From assembly GCA_043806735.1 (NCBI GenBank), contig JAZDGR010000023.1, positions 6,977 to 70,976 of the forward strand: a stretch of DNA of 64,000 nt. The letters are read 5' to 3'. The translations under genes were made by a program, and so were the position numbers. The stretch comes from a bacterium. Its GTDB lineage: Bacteria; Bacteroidota; Bacteroidia; Bacteroidales; FEN-979. Positions 7,777 to 17,512 of this stretch are shown piece by piece. Numbering within the stretch: position 1 is the stretch's first letter; each line of letters opens with the position of its first letter. Below the pieces are notes generated by a model. It made no database searches, had not been told where the DNA came from, and was given only the letters and a program-made list of their open reading frames with translations.

Positions 7777-10365
7777 ATGAAGATCCTGATTACAGGGGCC
7801 AAAGGCCAGATGGGAAACGAATTCCAGGTTCTGAGCAAACAGGACAACTCGAATCAATTACTTTTTACTGACATTGACGAGCTTGATATTACCAATGCCA
7901 AGGCCGTTTCGGCTTTCCTTACCGTTGAAAAGCCAGATGTCCTGATCAATTGTGCGGGATACACCGCTGTGGACAAAGCGGAGCAGGAGCCGGAGAAAGC
8001 GTTTCTGATCAACGGCACTGCCGTGGAGATCCTCGCCAAAGCCGTTTCCCTCTCCAATACACTGCTCATTCATATCTCCACCGACTATGTATTCAATGGC
8101 AATTCAAATATACCCTATAGGGAGGAGGATTCCCCGGGTCCAATTTCAGTTTACGCCAGAAGTAAATATGAAGGAGAACGGGCGGTTGAGAAATATGCCA
8201 AACGGGGAATCATTATCCGAACTTCCTGGCTTTATTCCGCTTTTGGCCAGAACTTTGTCAAGACGATCCTGAAATACGGAATTGAACGAGGAACCCTGAG
8301 GGTTGTTGTTGACCAGATCGGGAGTCCAACCTATGCAAGGGATCTGTGTAAAGCCATCCTGGATATCCTCCCGGTCTTGGGAAAGCATCAGGGTGTTCAG
8401 GTATTCCACTTTGCAAATGAAGGGCTTGCCTCCTGGTTTGATTTTGCTAAAGCAATCGTTGGTTTTGCGGGCATCCCGTGTGAAGTCTACCCGATAGAGA
8501 CCAGGGATTATCCCCTGCCGGCTACACGTCCCTTCTATAGTGTGCTGAACAAAGAGAAAATCAAAGCAACCTTCGGGCTAACCATCCCATACTGGCGGGA
8601 CAGCTTGCAGGATTGTATTCATATGTTCGAGAAAGTGGATCCTAAAGTAATCAGTAGGGCCCAAGCCTGGTTAGAGGGAACATTTGATGAAGAGACAAAG
8701 GCACGGGTCAACGATTTGCTGGAGGACGATCCTGCGGAACTGACCGATGCCTTTTACCGCGATCTGGAGTTTGGCACCGGGGGATTACGCGGCATCATGG
8801 GAGTCGGGACTAACCGCATGAATAAATACACGGTAGGGATGGCAACCCAGGGGTTGGCGAATTACCTTAAAAAAATGTTCCGGGAAGTTCCTCAGATCCG
8901 CATGGCCATTTCCTATGATAGCCGGAACAACAGCCAGTTTTTTGCGCAAATCACTGCAGAAGTTCTTGCCGGGAACGGATTTCTGGTTTACCTTTTCAGG
9001 GAACTTCGGCCCACTCCGGAACTTTCTTTTGCCATCCGTCACCTGGGATGCCAAAGTGGTGTGATGATCACTGCGTCACACAATCCCAAAGAATACAATG
9101 GCTATAAGGCTTACTGGGATGACGGAGCCCAGATGATCGCTCCCCACGACATCAATGTCATCCAGGAGGTTCAGAAGATTACCTCCATCGATCAAGTGAT
9201 CTGGCAGGGGAACAGCGGAAATATCCTGACTATCGGCGACGAAATGGATGAGGTATACTTGAATAAAATTCTTGAATTGCGGCTTTCTCCTGAAATCATG
9301 GAACGGCAAAAAAAGCTTAAAATCGTCTATACTCCCCTTCACGGAACCGGGCAGACGTTAGTTCCCGTAATTCTCAGCCGGTTTGGATTTACAAATGTAA
9401 CCGTTGTGCAAGAGCAAGCAGTTCCCGACGGAAATTTCCCGACCGTCCACTCCCCGAATCCCGAAGAACCTGATGCATTGGATCTTGCTATCAAACTGGC
9501 CACTCAAACCGATGCTGAACTGGTGATGGCCACCGATCCGGATGCTGACAGGGTTGGGATTGCCGTAAAAAACGACCAGGGTGAATTTATCCTCCTCAAC
9601 GGGAATCAGACAGCCTCGCTTCTGTTTTACTATATCCTTACCCGGTGGAAGGAACTCGGGAAGTTAACCGGGCGGGAATATATCGTTAAAACAATCGTCA
9701 CGACCGAGCTTCTGCGAGACATTGCAAGGTCGTTTAACGTGGAGTACTATGATGTTCTCACCGGTTTTAAATTCATTGCGGATATCATCAAAAAGAATGA
9801 ACAGGAAAAAACCTTTATCGTGGGCGGGGAGGAGAGTTACGGATACCTTGTGGGGGATTTCGTCCGGGACAAAGATGCAGTCAGTGCATGTGCCATGATC
9901 GCTGAAACTGCTGCCTGGGTCGCAGATCAGGGGAAATCACTCTTCGATTTATTGATGGAAATCTATACAGGTTTTGCTTACTACAAAGAAAGTCTGCTTT
10001 CGGTTACCAAAAAAGGAAAATCGGGAGCCGAGGAGATCCAGGAGCTGATGATCGGGTACCGCGAGCGACCTATGACTTCGATCAACGGCATCCGGGTCAC
10101 CGGGCTGAAAGATTACCTGACCCTGGAAGATAAAGACCTTATTCTTGGAACCTCAAAACCTATCCACCTCCCAAAGTCCAATGTTCTTCAGTTTATTCTG
10201 GAGGACGGTAGTGTGATCAGTGTCCGTCCTTCCGGCACGGAACCCAAGATCAAATACTATTTCGGAGTCAGGGAAAGCTTACAGGATCGGTCTTATTACA
10301 ACCAGGTAGACGAAATTCTCCAGGAAAAAATCAACGGTATCATCCGATCTTTGAATTTGCAATAA
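7777..10365 (+). CDS. Single ORF fusing dTDP-4-dehydrorhamnose reductase (RfbD-like, ~282 aa) head-to-tail to a phosphoglucomutase/phosphomannomutase-family mutase (~580 aa)
   Basis: N-terminal part: MKILITGAKGQMGNEF...STDYVFNG...YARSKYEGE...YWRDSLQDCI. It continues without a stop (checked 8581-8670) into HMFEKVDPKVISRAQAWLEGTFDEETKARV...LEFGTGGLRGIMG...TASHNPKEYNGYK. An internal in-frame ATG lies at 8623. Confidence 0.8.
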   Translation: MKILITGAKGQMGNEFQVLSKQDNSNQLLFTDIDELDITNAKAVSAFLTVEKPDVLINCAGYTAVDKAEQEPEKAFLINGTAVEILAKAVSLSNTLLIHISTDYVFNGNSNIPYREEDSPGPISVYARSKYEGERAVEKYAKRGIIIRTSWLYSAFGQNFVKTILKYGIERGTLRVVVDQIGSPTYARDLCKAILDILPVLGKHQGVQVFHFANEGLASWFDFAKAIVGFAGIPCEVYPIETRDYPLPATRPFYSVLNKEKIKATFGLTIPYWRDSLQDCIHMFEKVDPKVISRAQAWLEGTFDEETKARVNDLLEDDPAELTDAFYRDLEFGTGGLRGIMGVGTNRMNKYTVGMATQGLANYLKKMFREVPQIRMAISYDSRNNSQFFAQITAEVLAGNGFLVYLFRELRPTPELSFAIRHLGCQSGVMITASHNPKEYNGYKAYWDDGAQMIAPHDINVIQEVQKITSIDQVIWQGNSGNILTIGDEMDEVYLNKILELRLSPEIMERQKKLKIVYTPLHGTGQTLVPVILSRFGFTNVTVVQEQAVPDGNFPTVHSPNPEEPDALDLAIKLATQTDAELVMATDPDADRVGIAVKNDQGEFILLNGNQTASLLFYYILTRWKELGKLTGREYIVKTIVTTELLRDIARSFNVEYYDVLTGFKFIADIIKKNEQEKTFIVGGEESYGYLVGDFVRDKDAVSACAMIAETAAWVADQGKSLFDLLMEIYTGFAYYKESLLSVTKKGKSGAEEIQELMIGYRERPMTSINGIRVTGLKDYLTLEDKDLILGTSKPIHLPKSNVLQFILEDGSVISVRPSGTEPKIKYYFGVRESLQDRSYYNQVDEILQEKINGIIRSLNLQ

Positions 10366-12360
10366 ATGCAACAGAGATATCCGGCGGTCTTATCCTTTCT
10401 TTTTATTTTGCTTTTCATCTCACTGGTGCACCAGCTTCATGCACAGAGAAGTGGAAAACATCAAGGAATTCCGAAAACGTTTCTAAAGTATGATACCCTG
10501 GTATTGGCTCCCGGGGTCTACTTCATCAATCCATACGAATATTGTATTATCGCGAAAGATACTACCATAATTCTGGCATGTTTCCGGAAATTATCAGTCG
10601 AAGAGGCAAACAAGCTTAGGAGTGAATCATTCTATGATTCCATTTATGCTAAACTTGGTGCGAACCAGTTTACCAGCTTGCTTTATGACATTGCCTTTGT
10701 TTCACCTAAGGTCAGTACCCTTCCTGACACAGTGCAGACACAAAAAATTGAAATTCCATTTCTGCCATACGCCGGGAAAGTTATCCGTGAAGTCAGGATC
10801 AAGACGTTGGATCCGTTCGGTCCTACCATTTTTGATACGACCGGCCAGGCTGATACGAAGCTTGGCGCCTTCGGTAACAAGCTACACATCACGACCCGAA
10901 AGATGGTCATCAGGAAGAACCTGATGTTCAAACCGGGTCAACTCGTGGATCCCGCTAAGATTGCCGACAATCAACGCATTTTGAAAGATCTGCCCTACAT
11001 TGATGATGCCCGGATCGTGCTAACGGAGACATCCCCAGGAAGTGATACAGTAGATGTAACTGTCATTGCAAAAGATGTCTTCCCTGTTGGAGTAACACTT
11101 ACCATCCTGGACCCGATCAATTATCGCGGAACGATTTACGATCGGAACCTGTTAGGGACAGGTGATCAGTTTGGGATACATCTTTCCGTAAAAGAGGCCC
11201 GGGCTCCATTTTTTAAATTCGACGGATTTTCCTTTAATCTAACGAATATCGGTGGTTCCTTTTTGAACGGACAGATCTATTTTACACGGGATGACGGAGG
11301 AAACCAGCAATGGTTCCTGGGAATAACCAGACCCTTTTACAGTTATTCGGTAAAAGTGGCAGGCGGACTGAACTTTAGCCTGCAGACGACTGTGAATCCC
11401 GTCAATGACACAGTCACCAATGTCGGGAAGTTCCATCAGGAGTACGGCTGGATTGGGTATTCATCCCGGTTATCGGATGCGGATTCAATCACACGAATTG
11501 TATTTACGGAGGGAGTTTATAACCGTTATTATACGACACGTCCCATCGTAACCATTGATTCCAACAGCGGCTACTACAATACAACCTATTTTCTTACGGG
11601 GATAGCTCTGTCTAAAAACAGATACTACAACGCTGATTATATCAACCAATTCGGGAAGACCGAATTGTTACCTTATGGTCATCTCTATCAGCTTATTCTT
11701 GGGCCCGTTATCACCGAATATTATACCCGGTTCTACATGGACATGGATCTTTCGGCAGGGAATTTTATTAAAAAATTCGGGGGGCTATACGGGCACATTA
11801 ATTTGGGTGGGTATCTCAACAAGGATCACTTAGAGGATTGTCTGCTAAAAATAAAACTAGGATATATGACCCGGTTATACTTATCGAAATCCAAGAGTTA
11901 TAAATTCAGATCTTTTCTTAACCTGCAATATATATATGGATTCAATGAGCGGTCAAACAACGAAGACTATGCCGACCTGTCGACAGAAATGGGGATCCCC
12001 CATATAAATATCGATTCTCTCTTCAGGGGCATTAACCAGCTTGGCTTCAACCTGTCGTCAATTGCTTACACTCCTTGGTATTTTTATGGATTCAGATTTG
12101 CATTGCAGGCATCTGTCCAGGGCGGACTTGTTGCAGGACAAGGTCAGCCACTCTACCGCAGGCCATTTTACTGTGGCATCGGCGTGGGGATCCTGATCAA
12201 AAACGACAACCTGGTATTTCCGACGTTTTTCTTCTCGTGTTTTGTTTATCCCACCGTACCGGGTGTTTCCTGGATCCAGTTCAACGGTTACGAAACGGGT
12301 TCACTTGGTGTACCTGATTTTAATGTAAATCCTCCGGTTCTACAAACCATGCAGAATTAA
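10366..12360 (+). CDS. Outer-membrane protein with a POTRA-like domain (Omp85/BamA-family-like)
   Basis: Signal peptide LSFLFILLFISLVHQLHAQ. The POTRA-like segment is VIREVRIKTLDPFG...MVIRKNLMFKPGQLVDPAKIADNQRILKDLPYIDDARIVL. The C-terminal region is aromatic-rich and beta-barrel-like. Confidence 0.55.
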   Translation: MQQRYPAVLSFLFILLFISLVHQLHAQRSGKHQGIPKTFLKYDTLVLAPGVYFINPYEYCIIAKDTTIILACFRKLSVEEANKLRSESFYDSIYAKLGANQFTSLLYDIAFVSPKVSTLPDTVQTQKIEIPFLPYAGKVIREVRIKTLDPFGPTIFDTTGQADTKLGAFGNKLHITTRKMVIRKNLMFKPGQLVDPAKIADNQRILKDLPYIDDARIVLTETSPGSDTVDVTVIAKDVFPVGVTLTILDPINYRGTIYDRNLLGTGDQFGIHLSVKEARAPFFKFDGFSFNLTNIGGSFLNGQIYFTRDDGGNQQWFLGITRPFYSYSVKVAGGLNFSLQTTVNPVNDTVTNVGKFHQEYGWIGYSSRLSDADSITRIVFTEGVYNRYYTTRPIVTIDSNSGYYNTTYFLTGIALSKNRYYNADYINQFGKTELLPYGHLYQLILGPVITEYYTRFYMDMDLSAGNFIKKFGGLYGHINLGGYLNKDHLEDCLLKIKLGYMTRLYLSKSKSYKFRSFLNLQYIYGFNERSNNEDYADLSTEMGIPHINIDSLFRGINQLGFNLSSIAYTPWYFYGFRFALQASVQGGLVAGQGQPLYRRPFYCGIGVGILIKNDNLVFPTFFFSCFVYPTVPGVSWIQFNGYETGSLGVPDFNVNPPVLQTMQN

Positions 12361-12391
12361 GTTTGTTATGTAACTTTACTGAAAAAAGATC

Positions 12392-12952
12392 ATGAGTATA
12401 ACCACATCAGGGGAATCTCCCATCAAATCAAAACAGGTATTGGAGATGCTGACCGTTGCCAACGATTTTTGCCTGTTTATTGAGAAAGCAGGAGAGTATA
12501 CCCCGGACCAGATTCTGACTTACCTGCAGCGCGTTTTTCCTGTACTCTATTTGAAAGCCTCTCTTCTGCCTGAACTAGAGATGGAAGATGAAGATGCCAT
12601 TGAGCATTATGTAACCGAAGAACAATGGGAAACGGTTTTCAACGAGCTTCGTTCCAAGCTGGGAGAAGAAGATTTATACTATTATATTGATCTTCATGAA
12701 AAAACGCAGCAGGATGCTGTCAGGGCAAGTATAGCTGAAAATGTCGCCGATCTCTTTCAAGACCTGAGAGATTTTGTCCTCCTTTACCAGAAACCTTTAC
12801 AGTCATTCCAGGAAAACGCTGTAAAAGAATGCCGGCGTCTTTTCGAAACCCGTTATGGTTACAAGCTGGTCAATTGTCATACAGCGATTCATTACCTCCT
12901 TTATCAGGAAGGAATTAACGAAGATTTTTCAACGTTTGAGAATCTATTCTGA
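12392..12952 (+). CDS. Conserved hypothetical protein, resembles DUF5063
   Basis: VLEMLTVANDFCLFIEKAGEYT...LQRVFPVLYLKASLLPE pattern recalled from DUF5063 proteins. Assigned from memory only. Confidence 0.4.
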   Translation: MSITTSGESPIKSKQVLEMLTVANDFCLFIEKAGEYTPDQILTYLQRVFPVLYLKASLLPELEMEDEDAIEHYVTEEQWETVFNELRSKLGEEDLYYYIDLHEKTQQDAVRASIAENVADLFQDLRDFVLLYQKPLQSFQENAVKECRRLFETRYGYKLVNCHTAIHYLLYQEGINEDFSTFENLF

Positions 12953-12991
12953 AAATCTTATATTTGCTTCGTCAACCTAACACATGATTCC

Positions 12992-13336
12992 ATGCTTGAT
13001 CGTAACAGATTCAATGAAAACTTTGTGTACCTCGATAAAGAAGTTATTGTTGAGATCATCGATATTTTTCTTGGTGAATACCAGGACCGGTTCAATAAAA
13101 TCCAGAAAAACCTCTCTGAAAACGACATTAACCAGCTGAGATTCAATGCGCATAGTCTGAAAGGAGTAATCGCCAATTTCATGGATCCAGTGACGATTGA
13201 ATTATCACGCCTGCTGGATGAAAAAGCAAAGCAAAATGATACTACCGACATCCAGGAATTAGTCGACAATCTGAAGCAAGAGTCAGAATCTCTGGCGGAG
13301 GAATTGCGTGTGATACGGGGCGAACTTACTTCCTGA
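12992..13336 (+). CDS. Stand-alone histidine phosphotransfer (HPt) domain protein
   Basis: RFNAHSLKGVIANF (phospho-accepting His in HSLKG), 114 aa, helical. Confidence 0.7.
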   Translation: MLDRNRFNENFVYLDKEVIVEIIDIFLGEYQDRFNKIQKNLSENDINQLRFNAHSLKGVIANFMDPVTIELSRLLDEKAKQNDTTDIQELVDNLKQESESLAEELRVIRGELTS

Positions 13337-14351
13337 GTGCGGATTTGTCCAGTCGGTTTAAACCCTCAATTGCCCTTTCGTTATTCACATCCAGGCCCAG
13401 CGTTTTTTGGTAATCCTTGTATGCTTCTTTCAATTGGCCGTTCAATTCAAATGCATACCCCCGGTTGAACCAGGCGTCGACATACCCTGAGTCAATCCGG
13501 ATTGCATTGGTAAATGCATCAATGGCCTTGGGAAAATCATTCAGGTAGACCAGATAGATATATCCTTTGTTGTATGGGGCATTCCGGAAATCCGGTGCGG
13601 CCTTTGACAGTCGGTCATAGGTTATAAAAGCCTTGTCGTACTGCCCGGTATTCTGATAATACATGCCCAGCATATAGAGCGCCTCTTTACTCGCAGGCTT
13701 AATTCGCAAGGCATTGGTCATGTAACCTTCGGCCAGAGGATCATTGCTCAACGAAAAAAGCTCTCCAAGCTGGAGATAGGCTTCGAAATATTGTTGATCC
13801 TGATCCGCCGCCTTCATCAGATCTCCAACTGCCCTGGTCGTATCCCCTTTTTCCAGTAACGCAATGGCCCGGAGAAAATAGGCTTTGGGATTGTATTCGT
13901 CCTGTTTGATCATCTCGTTTAACACCTGAAATGTTCGGGAGTGGTTTTTTAGAATCAGGTACAGTTTCGCAAGCTTCAGGCGTGCTTCATCGTCGGCCGG
14001 ATCAAGAGAGAGAGCCTGGTTCAAGGCATCCATGCAACTCTGGGATTGTCCGAGAAACAATTGAATATCGGAAAGAGTAATGTAAAATGCAGGATTCTTT
14101 TCATTCAATGAAATGGCTGTATTGATATCTTTCAGCGCTTTGTCAAATTCCAGATCATTCAAGTAGAATTTTGATCTCTGGTTATATAAATCCGGATTTT
14201 TTCGATCTTTCTCAATGTCCTCGTTCAGCCTGACAAGCGTAATTGCGGCAGAATCCGATCCATTGTCTTGATCTGATTTTGGCTGGTCAAACCCACAACC
14301 TGAAAAAATGGCCATGCACATCAGGAGCAACCCGGGAAGAAATAACCTCAT
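13326..14351 (-). CDS. TPR-repeat lipoprotein
   Basis: Start moved to the internal ATG (14351): MRLFLPGLLLMCMAIFSGC lipobox. Multiple TPR units (AYFLRAIALLEKGDTTRAVGDL, ALYMLGMYYQNTGQYDKA, AWFNRGYAFELNGQLKEA). Confidence 0.75.
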   Translation of the reverse strand: MRLFLPGLLLMCMAIFSGCGFDQPKSDQDNGSDSAAITLVRLNEDIEKDRKNPDLYNQRSKFYLNDLEFDKALKDINTAISLNEKNPAFYITLSDIQLFLGQSQSCMDALNQALSLDPADDEARLKLAKLYLILKNHSRTFQVLNEMIKQDEYNPKAYFLRAIALLEKGDTTRAVGDLMKAADQDQQYFEAYLQLGELFSLSNDPLAEGYMTNALRIKPASKEALYMLGMYYQNTGQYDKAFITYDRLSKAAPDFRNAPYNKGYIYLVYLNDFPKAIDAFTNAIRIDSGYVDAWFNRGYAFELNGQLKEAYKDYQKTLGLDVNNERAIEGLNRLDKSALRK

Positions 14352-14352
14352 A

Positions 14353-15390
14353 TTACTTTTGCTCCTTGAGCGTTTCCATGATTTTGCCTTCGAGTTCATC
14401 CGCAAGTTCAGGGTTATCCAGGAGGATTTTTTTCACGGCATCCCTCCCCTGCCCGAGCTTGGTATCCCCGTAGCTGAACCACGAACCGCTCTTCTTGATG
14501 ATATTCAGATCCGTTGCCAGGTCAATGATCTCAAAGCCCCGTGAAATCCCTTCCCCAAAAATAATATCAAACTCGGCTTTCCTGAACGGAGGGGCGACCT
14601 TGTTCTTAACCACTTTCACTCTGACCCGGTTCCCGACAGCATTGTCGCCTTCTTTAATCTGATTCAGTCTTCGGATATCCAGGCGGACCGATGCATAGAA
14701 TTTCAGGGCGTGTCCACCTGTCGTGGTTTCCGGGTTCCCGAACATGACCCCGATCTTTTCCCTGAGCTGGTTGATAAAAATACAGCAGGTGGCTGTCTTG
14801 GATATTGTGGAGGTGAGTTTTCGCAAGGCTTGTGACATCAGTCTTGCCTGCAACCCCATTTTGGAATCCCCCATCTCCCCTTCAATCTCGCTTTTCGGGG
14901 TCAATGCGGCAACCGAGTCAATCACAATGATGTCAATCGCCCCTGAACGGATCAGGTTCTCTGTAATTTCAAGGGCTTGTTCCCCGTTATCAGGCTGGGA
15001 TACCAGCAGGTTTTCCACATCCAGTCCCAGTTTCTGCGCATAGAACCTGTCGAAGGCATGCTCCGCATCAATGAAAGCGGCAATACCTCCTGCTTTCTGC
15101 GCTTCCGATATCGCATGCAAAGCGAGTGTGGTTTTCCCCGAAGATTCAGGGCCATAAATCTCAATCACCCGGCCACGTGGCAATCCACCTATTCCGAGGG
15201 CTGCATCCAGACCAATGGAGCCTGTCTTGATCACCTCTACATGCTCAATGGCCGAATCCCCAAGCTTCATAACTGTTCCCTTGCCGTATGTCTTCTCGAG
15301 CTTGTCGAGCGTCAACTGCAGTGCTTTTAGCTTTTCCTTGTTAACTTCTGCATCTTTTGTCATAAGTCCTCCTTTTTGATTTTTTCCCAT
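14353..15390 (-). CDS. recA: Recombinase RecA
   Basis: [15 protein letters not shown] Walker [33 protein letters not shown]. An alternative ATG lies at 15363. Confidence 0.95.
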   Translation of the reverse strand: MGKNQKGGLMTKDAEVNKEKLKALQLTLDKLEKTYGKGTVMKLGDSAIEHVEVIKTGSIGLDAALGIGGLPRGRVIEIYGPESSGKTTLALHAISEAQKAGGIAAFIDAEHAFDRFYAQKLGLDVENLLVSQPDNGEQALEITENLIRSGAIDIIVIDSVAALTPKSEIEGEMGDSKMGLQARLMSQALRKLTSTISKTATCCIFINQLREKIGVMFGNPETTTGGHALKFYASVRLDIRRLNQIKEGDNAVGNRVRVKVVKNKVAPPFRKAEFDIIFGEGISRGFEIIDLATDLNIIKKSGSWFSYGDTKLGQGRDAVKKILLDNPELADELEGKIMETLKEQK

Positions 15391-15431
15391 TAATCCGGGA
15401 AAGGGTCAAAAGGTTATATCGATTTGTGAAT

Positions 15432-15439
15432 CAAAAGTA
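15432..15439 (-). promoter_or_regulatory. Candidate -7 box TACTTTTG for recA
   Basis: The plus-strand sequence caaaagta is the reverse complement of TACTTTTG. It lies 42 nt upstream of the 15390 ATG. Confidence 0.35.
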
Positions 15440-15481
15440 AAAAATATAATAGGGAGGAACTGTTTTTCATCCGCAGAGTTA

Positions 15482-16132
15482 TTAACAAACCGATTGTTGT
15501 TCCCTCCTGAAGTATTTGCAAAAACCTGATATCCCGCATTCTCCGCATGCCGGTTTCCGCGCCTTACACACATACCTTCCGTGCAAGATCAGCCAATGGT
15601 GCGCACGCGGGATCAATTCGGGGGAGATATACCTGACCAGTTGCATTTCCGTCTGGTACGGATTTTTGGCGCCGGTAGTCAAGCCAATCCGTGCCGAGAC
15701 TCTGTGTACATGCGTATCCACCGCCATGGCCGGTTTATTGAAAAGCACAGCTGCAAGAACGTTGGCAGTTTTCCGGCCAACTCCCGGAAGTTTCTGAAGA
15801 GTGTCTATATCGGATGGCATAATCCCGTTAAAGTCCTGGGTCAGAACCTGCGCCATACCTATCAGGTTTTTGGTTTTGTTGTTGGGATAGGAACAACTTT
15901 TTATCAACTCGAAAACCTCTTCAGGAGTTGCGCCAGCAAGCTTCTTTGCCGTGGGAAATTTCTTATAAAAAGTAGGCGTGGTCTGATTTACCCTCTTATC
16001 GGTGCATTGAGCTGAAAGAATTACTGCTACGGCAAGCTGGTAGGGATCGTGGTAATGAAGTTCCGTACCGGCATCGGGATTGTGCTCCTGGAAATAGCGG
16101 ATAACCTGTTCAAATCGTTCCTTTCTTGTCAT
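15482..16132 (-). CDS. nth: Endonuclease III
   Basis: YQLAVAVILSAQCTDKRVN, HhH LPGVGRKTANV, catalytic region DTHVHRV, C-terminal 4-Cys FeS cluster CKARKPACGECGISGFC. Start set to the ATG at 16132. Confidence 0.9.
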   Translation of the reverse strand: MTRKERFEQVIRYFQEHNPDAGTELHYHDPYQLAVAVILSAQCTDKRVNQTTPTFYKKFPTAKKLAGATPEEVFELIKSCSYPNNKTKNLIGMAQVLTQDFNGIMPSDIDTLQKLPGVGRKTANVLAAVLFNKPAMAVDTHVHRVSARIGLTTGAKNPYQTEMQLVRYISPELIPRAHHWLILHGRYVCKARKPACGECGISGFCKYFRREQQSVC

Positions 16133-16169
16133 GGCGGTGGGATGAAAACGCAAGGCGCTATGATTCTAT

Positions 16170-17282
16170 TTAAAATCCGCGGCCAAGAATGGTGATTGAG
16201 CCCCTGAAGATTTCTTCGTCATAGAGCCCCTGACATTTGAGGATATAGAAGTAGACACCGTCAGGACAATTCCCACCATCCCAATCGCCACTCTTGTAAT
16301 TGATTGCGGAGAATACTTTTTTCCCCCACCGGTCAAAAATCACCATTTCGTTTCCGAGGTAAGCATCGCGGAAATCAACCTCGGTATTGCCTTCGATCTG
16401 GATCTTGAACTGATCGTTTTTCCCATCACCGTTTGGTGTAATGGCATAAGGTATCTTCAATTGTGCAATTTTTACCCGGATATCATGTACCACCGTGGTA
16501 TCACAGCCATTCAGATCGGTGATTGTCAAAAGAATTGGATACTCCCCCGTTTTGGCGTAGGTATGAGTGGTCGGATTGACGTTTGATACCGTGATTTCAT
16601 CAGCGAAATCCCATTCCCAGTTGACGATTGAATCGAGATATTCGGGAGGAAATTCAACTGTAACCAGTGGATTTGTAAGGTAGAACGTATCCTGCGGGTG
16701 GGCGTAATCGTGGAGATAGGAAATAAACGAGATTCCAGGCGATCTAAGGACATCTACATAGTAGGCGCTATCGAGTATGCATCCGGCCGAATCATATACT
16801 TTCAGCCGGTAGTTACCCATACAGAGACCGAATACGATCGTATCCTGGGAATATCCGCCTCCCCAGACAAAGTCGTATGGAGGAGTGCCTCCGGAGACCA
16901 GCGCTTTAAACTGGCCTTTGCAATCGGCCCGGCATCCCAACGCGTTATACCTGTAAAGTGTATCAAACTTCATGGCAGGGTGCATGCGAAGATGCGCGTC
17001 GTTGCTGGTATCGATGGTTATTCCGTTGGAAACGATACACCGGTAAAATCCGGTATCCGATTCCAGGGCGTGTGAAAAGGAAAGGGTATCGTTGTTTCCC
17101 GGAATATCTATCCCGTTTTTTTGCCAACGGAAGGTAATTGCCCCTGTGTCGGTAACCGAAGCGATAAAGGCCATGCTATCGCGGTAACAAATTAGGGTAT
17201 CTGACGGGGTCACCACGCAAATTAACTGGGCCTGTGAGAAGAAAGGAAAATAAGTGATAAGCAACGGGAGGAATCGTCTCAT
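16170..17282 (-). CDS. Secreted Ig/PKD-domain protein with T9SS type B (gliding-motility CHU_C-like) C-terminal sorting domain
   Basis: Signal peptide MRRFLPLLITYFPFFSQAQ. C-terminal domain ITPNGDGKNDQFKI...MVIFDRWGKKVF...WDGG...DGVYFYILK. Confidence 0.75.
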   Translation of the reverse strand: MRRFLPLLITYFPFFSQAQLICVVTPSDTLICYRDSMAFIASVTDTGAITFRWQKNGIDIPGNNDTLSFSHALESDTGFYRCIVSNGITIDTSNDAHLRMHPAMKFDTLYRYNALGCRADCKGQFKALVSGGTPPYDFVWGGGYSQDTIVFGLCMGNYRLKVYDSAGCILDSAYYVDVLRSPGISFISYLHDYAHPQDTFYLTNPLVTVEFPPEYLDSIVNWEWDFADEITVSNVNPTTHTYAKTGEYPILLTITDLNGCDTTVVHDIRVKIAQLKIPYAITPNGDGKNDQFKIQIEGNTEVDFRDAYLGNEMVIFDRWGKKVFSAINYKSGDWDGGNCPDGVYFYILKCQGLYDEEIFRGSITILGRGF

Positions 17283-17420
17283 CAGTAGGATCGTGGTTTG
17301 CATTGCAAAAGTAAGAATTATTTCTAAACCGGTCAAAAATGCCTTTTTTGAGCGAGAAGGCTGTCAAATTATCCGTGATGTGCCTGAATTTGTTCAACGG
17401 CAAGGTTTTTGCCAACCGGC

Positions 17421-17466
17421 ACCAGGGTATCAGGTTACCAGGGTACCAGGTTACCAGGTTAACAGG
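17421..17466. repeat. Octamer array TTACCAGG (6 units)
   Basis: accagg gtatcagg ttaccagg gtaccagg ttaccagg ttaacagg. Contains the palindromes GGTTACC, GGTACC and GTTAAC. Lies in the divergent spacer before clpB. Confidence 0.9.
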
Positions 17467-17473
17467 TCATAAG

Positions 17474-17508
17474 TAATTTTAATTTTTAATTTTGAACTTT
17501 TAATTAAA
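17474..17508. repeat. AT-rich heptamer array AATTTTN (5 units) directly upstream of clpB
   Basis: taatttt aattttt aattttg aactttt aattaaa. Confidence 0.7.
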
Positions 17509-17512
17509 TAAA

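Noticed and set aside
15443-15450. AATATAAT half-site upstream of recA as a LexA-like operator
   Set aside because: Only one half of the 17-bp palindrome is present, and the sequence is AT-rich promoter DNA. That is insufficient to claim recA belongs to the regulon.
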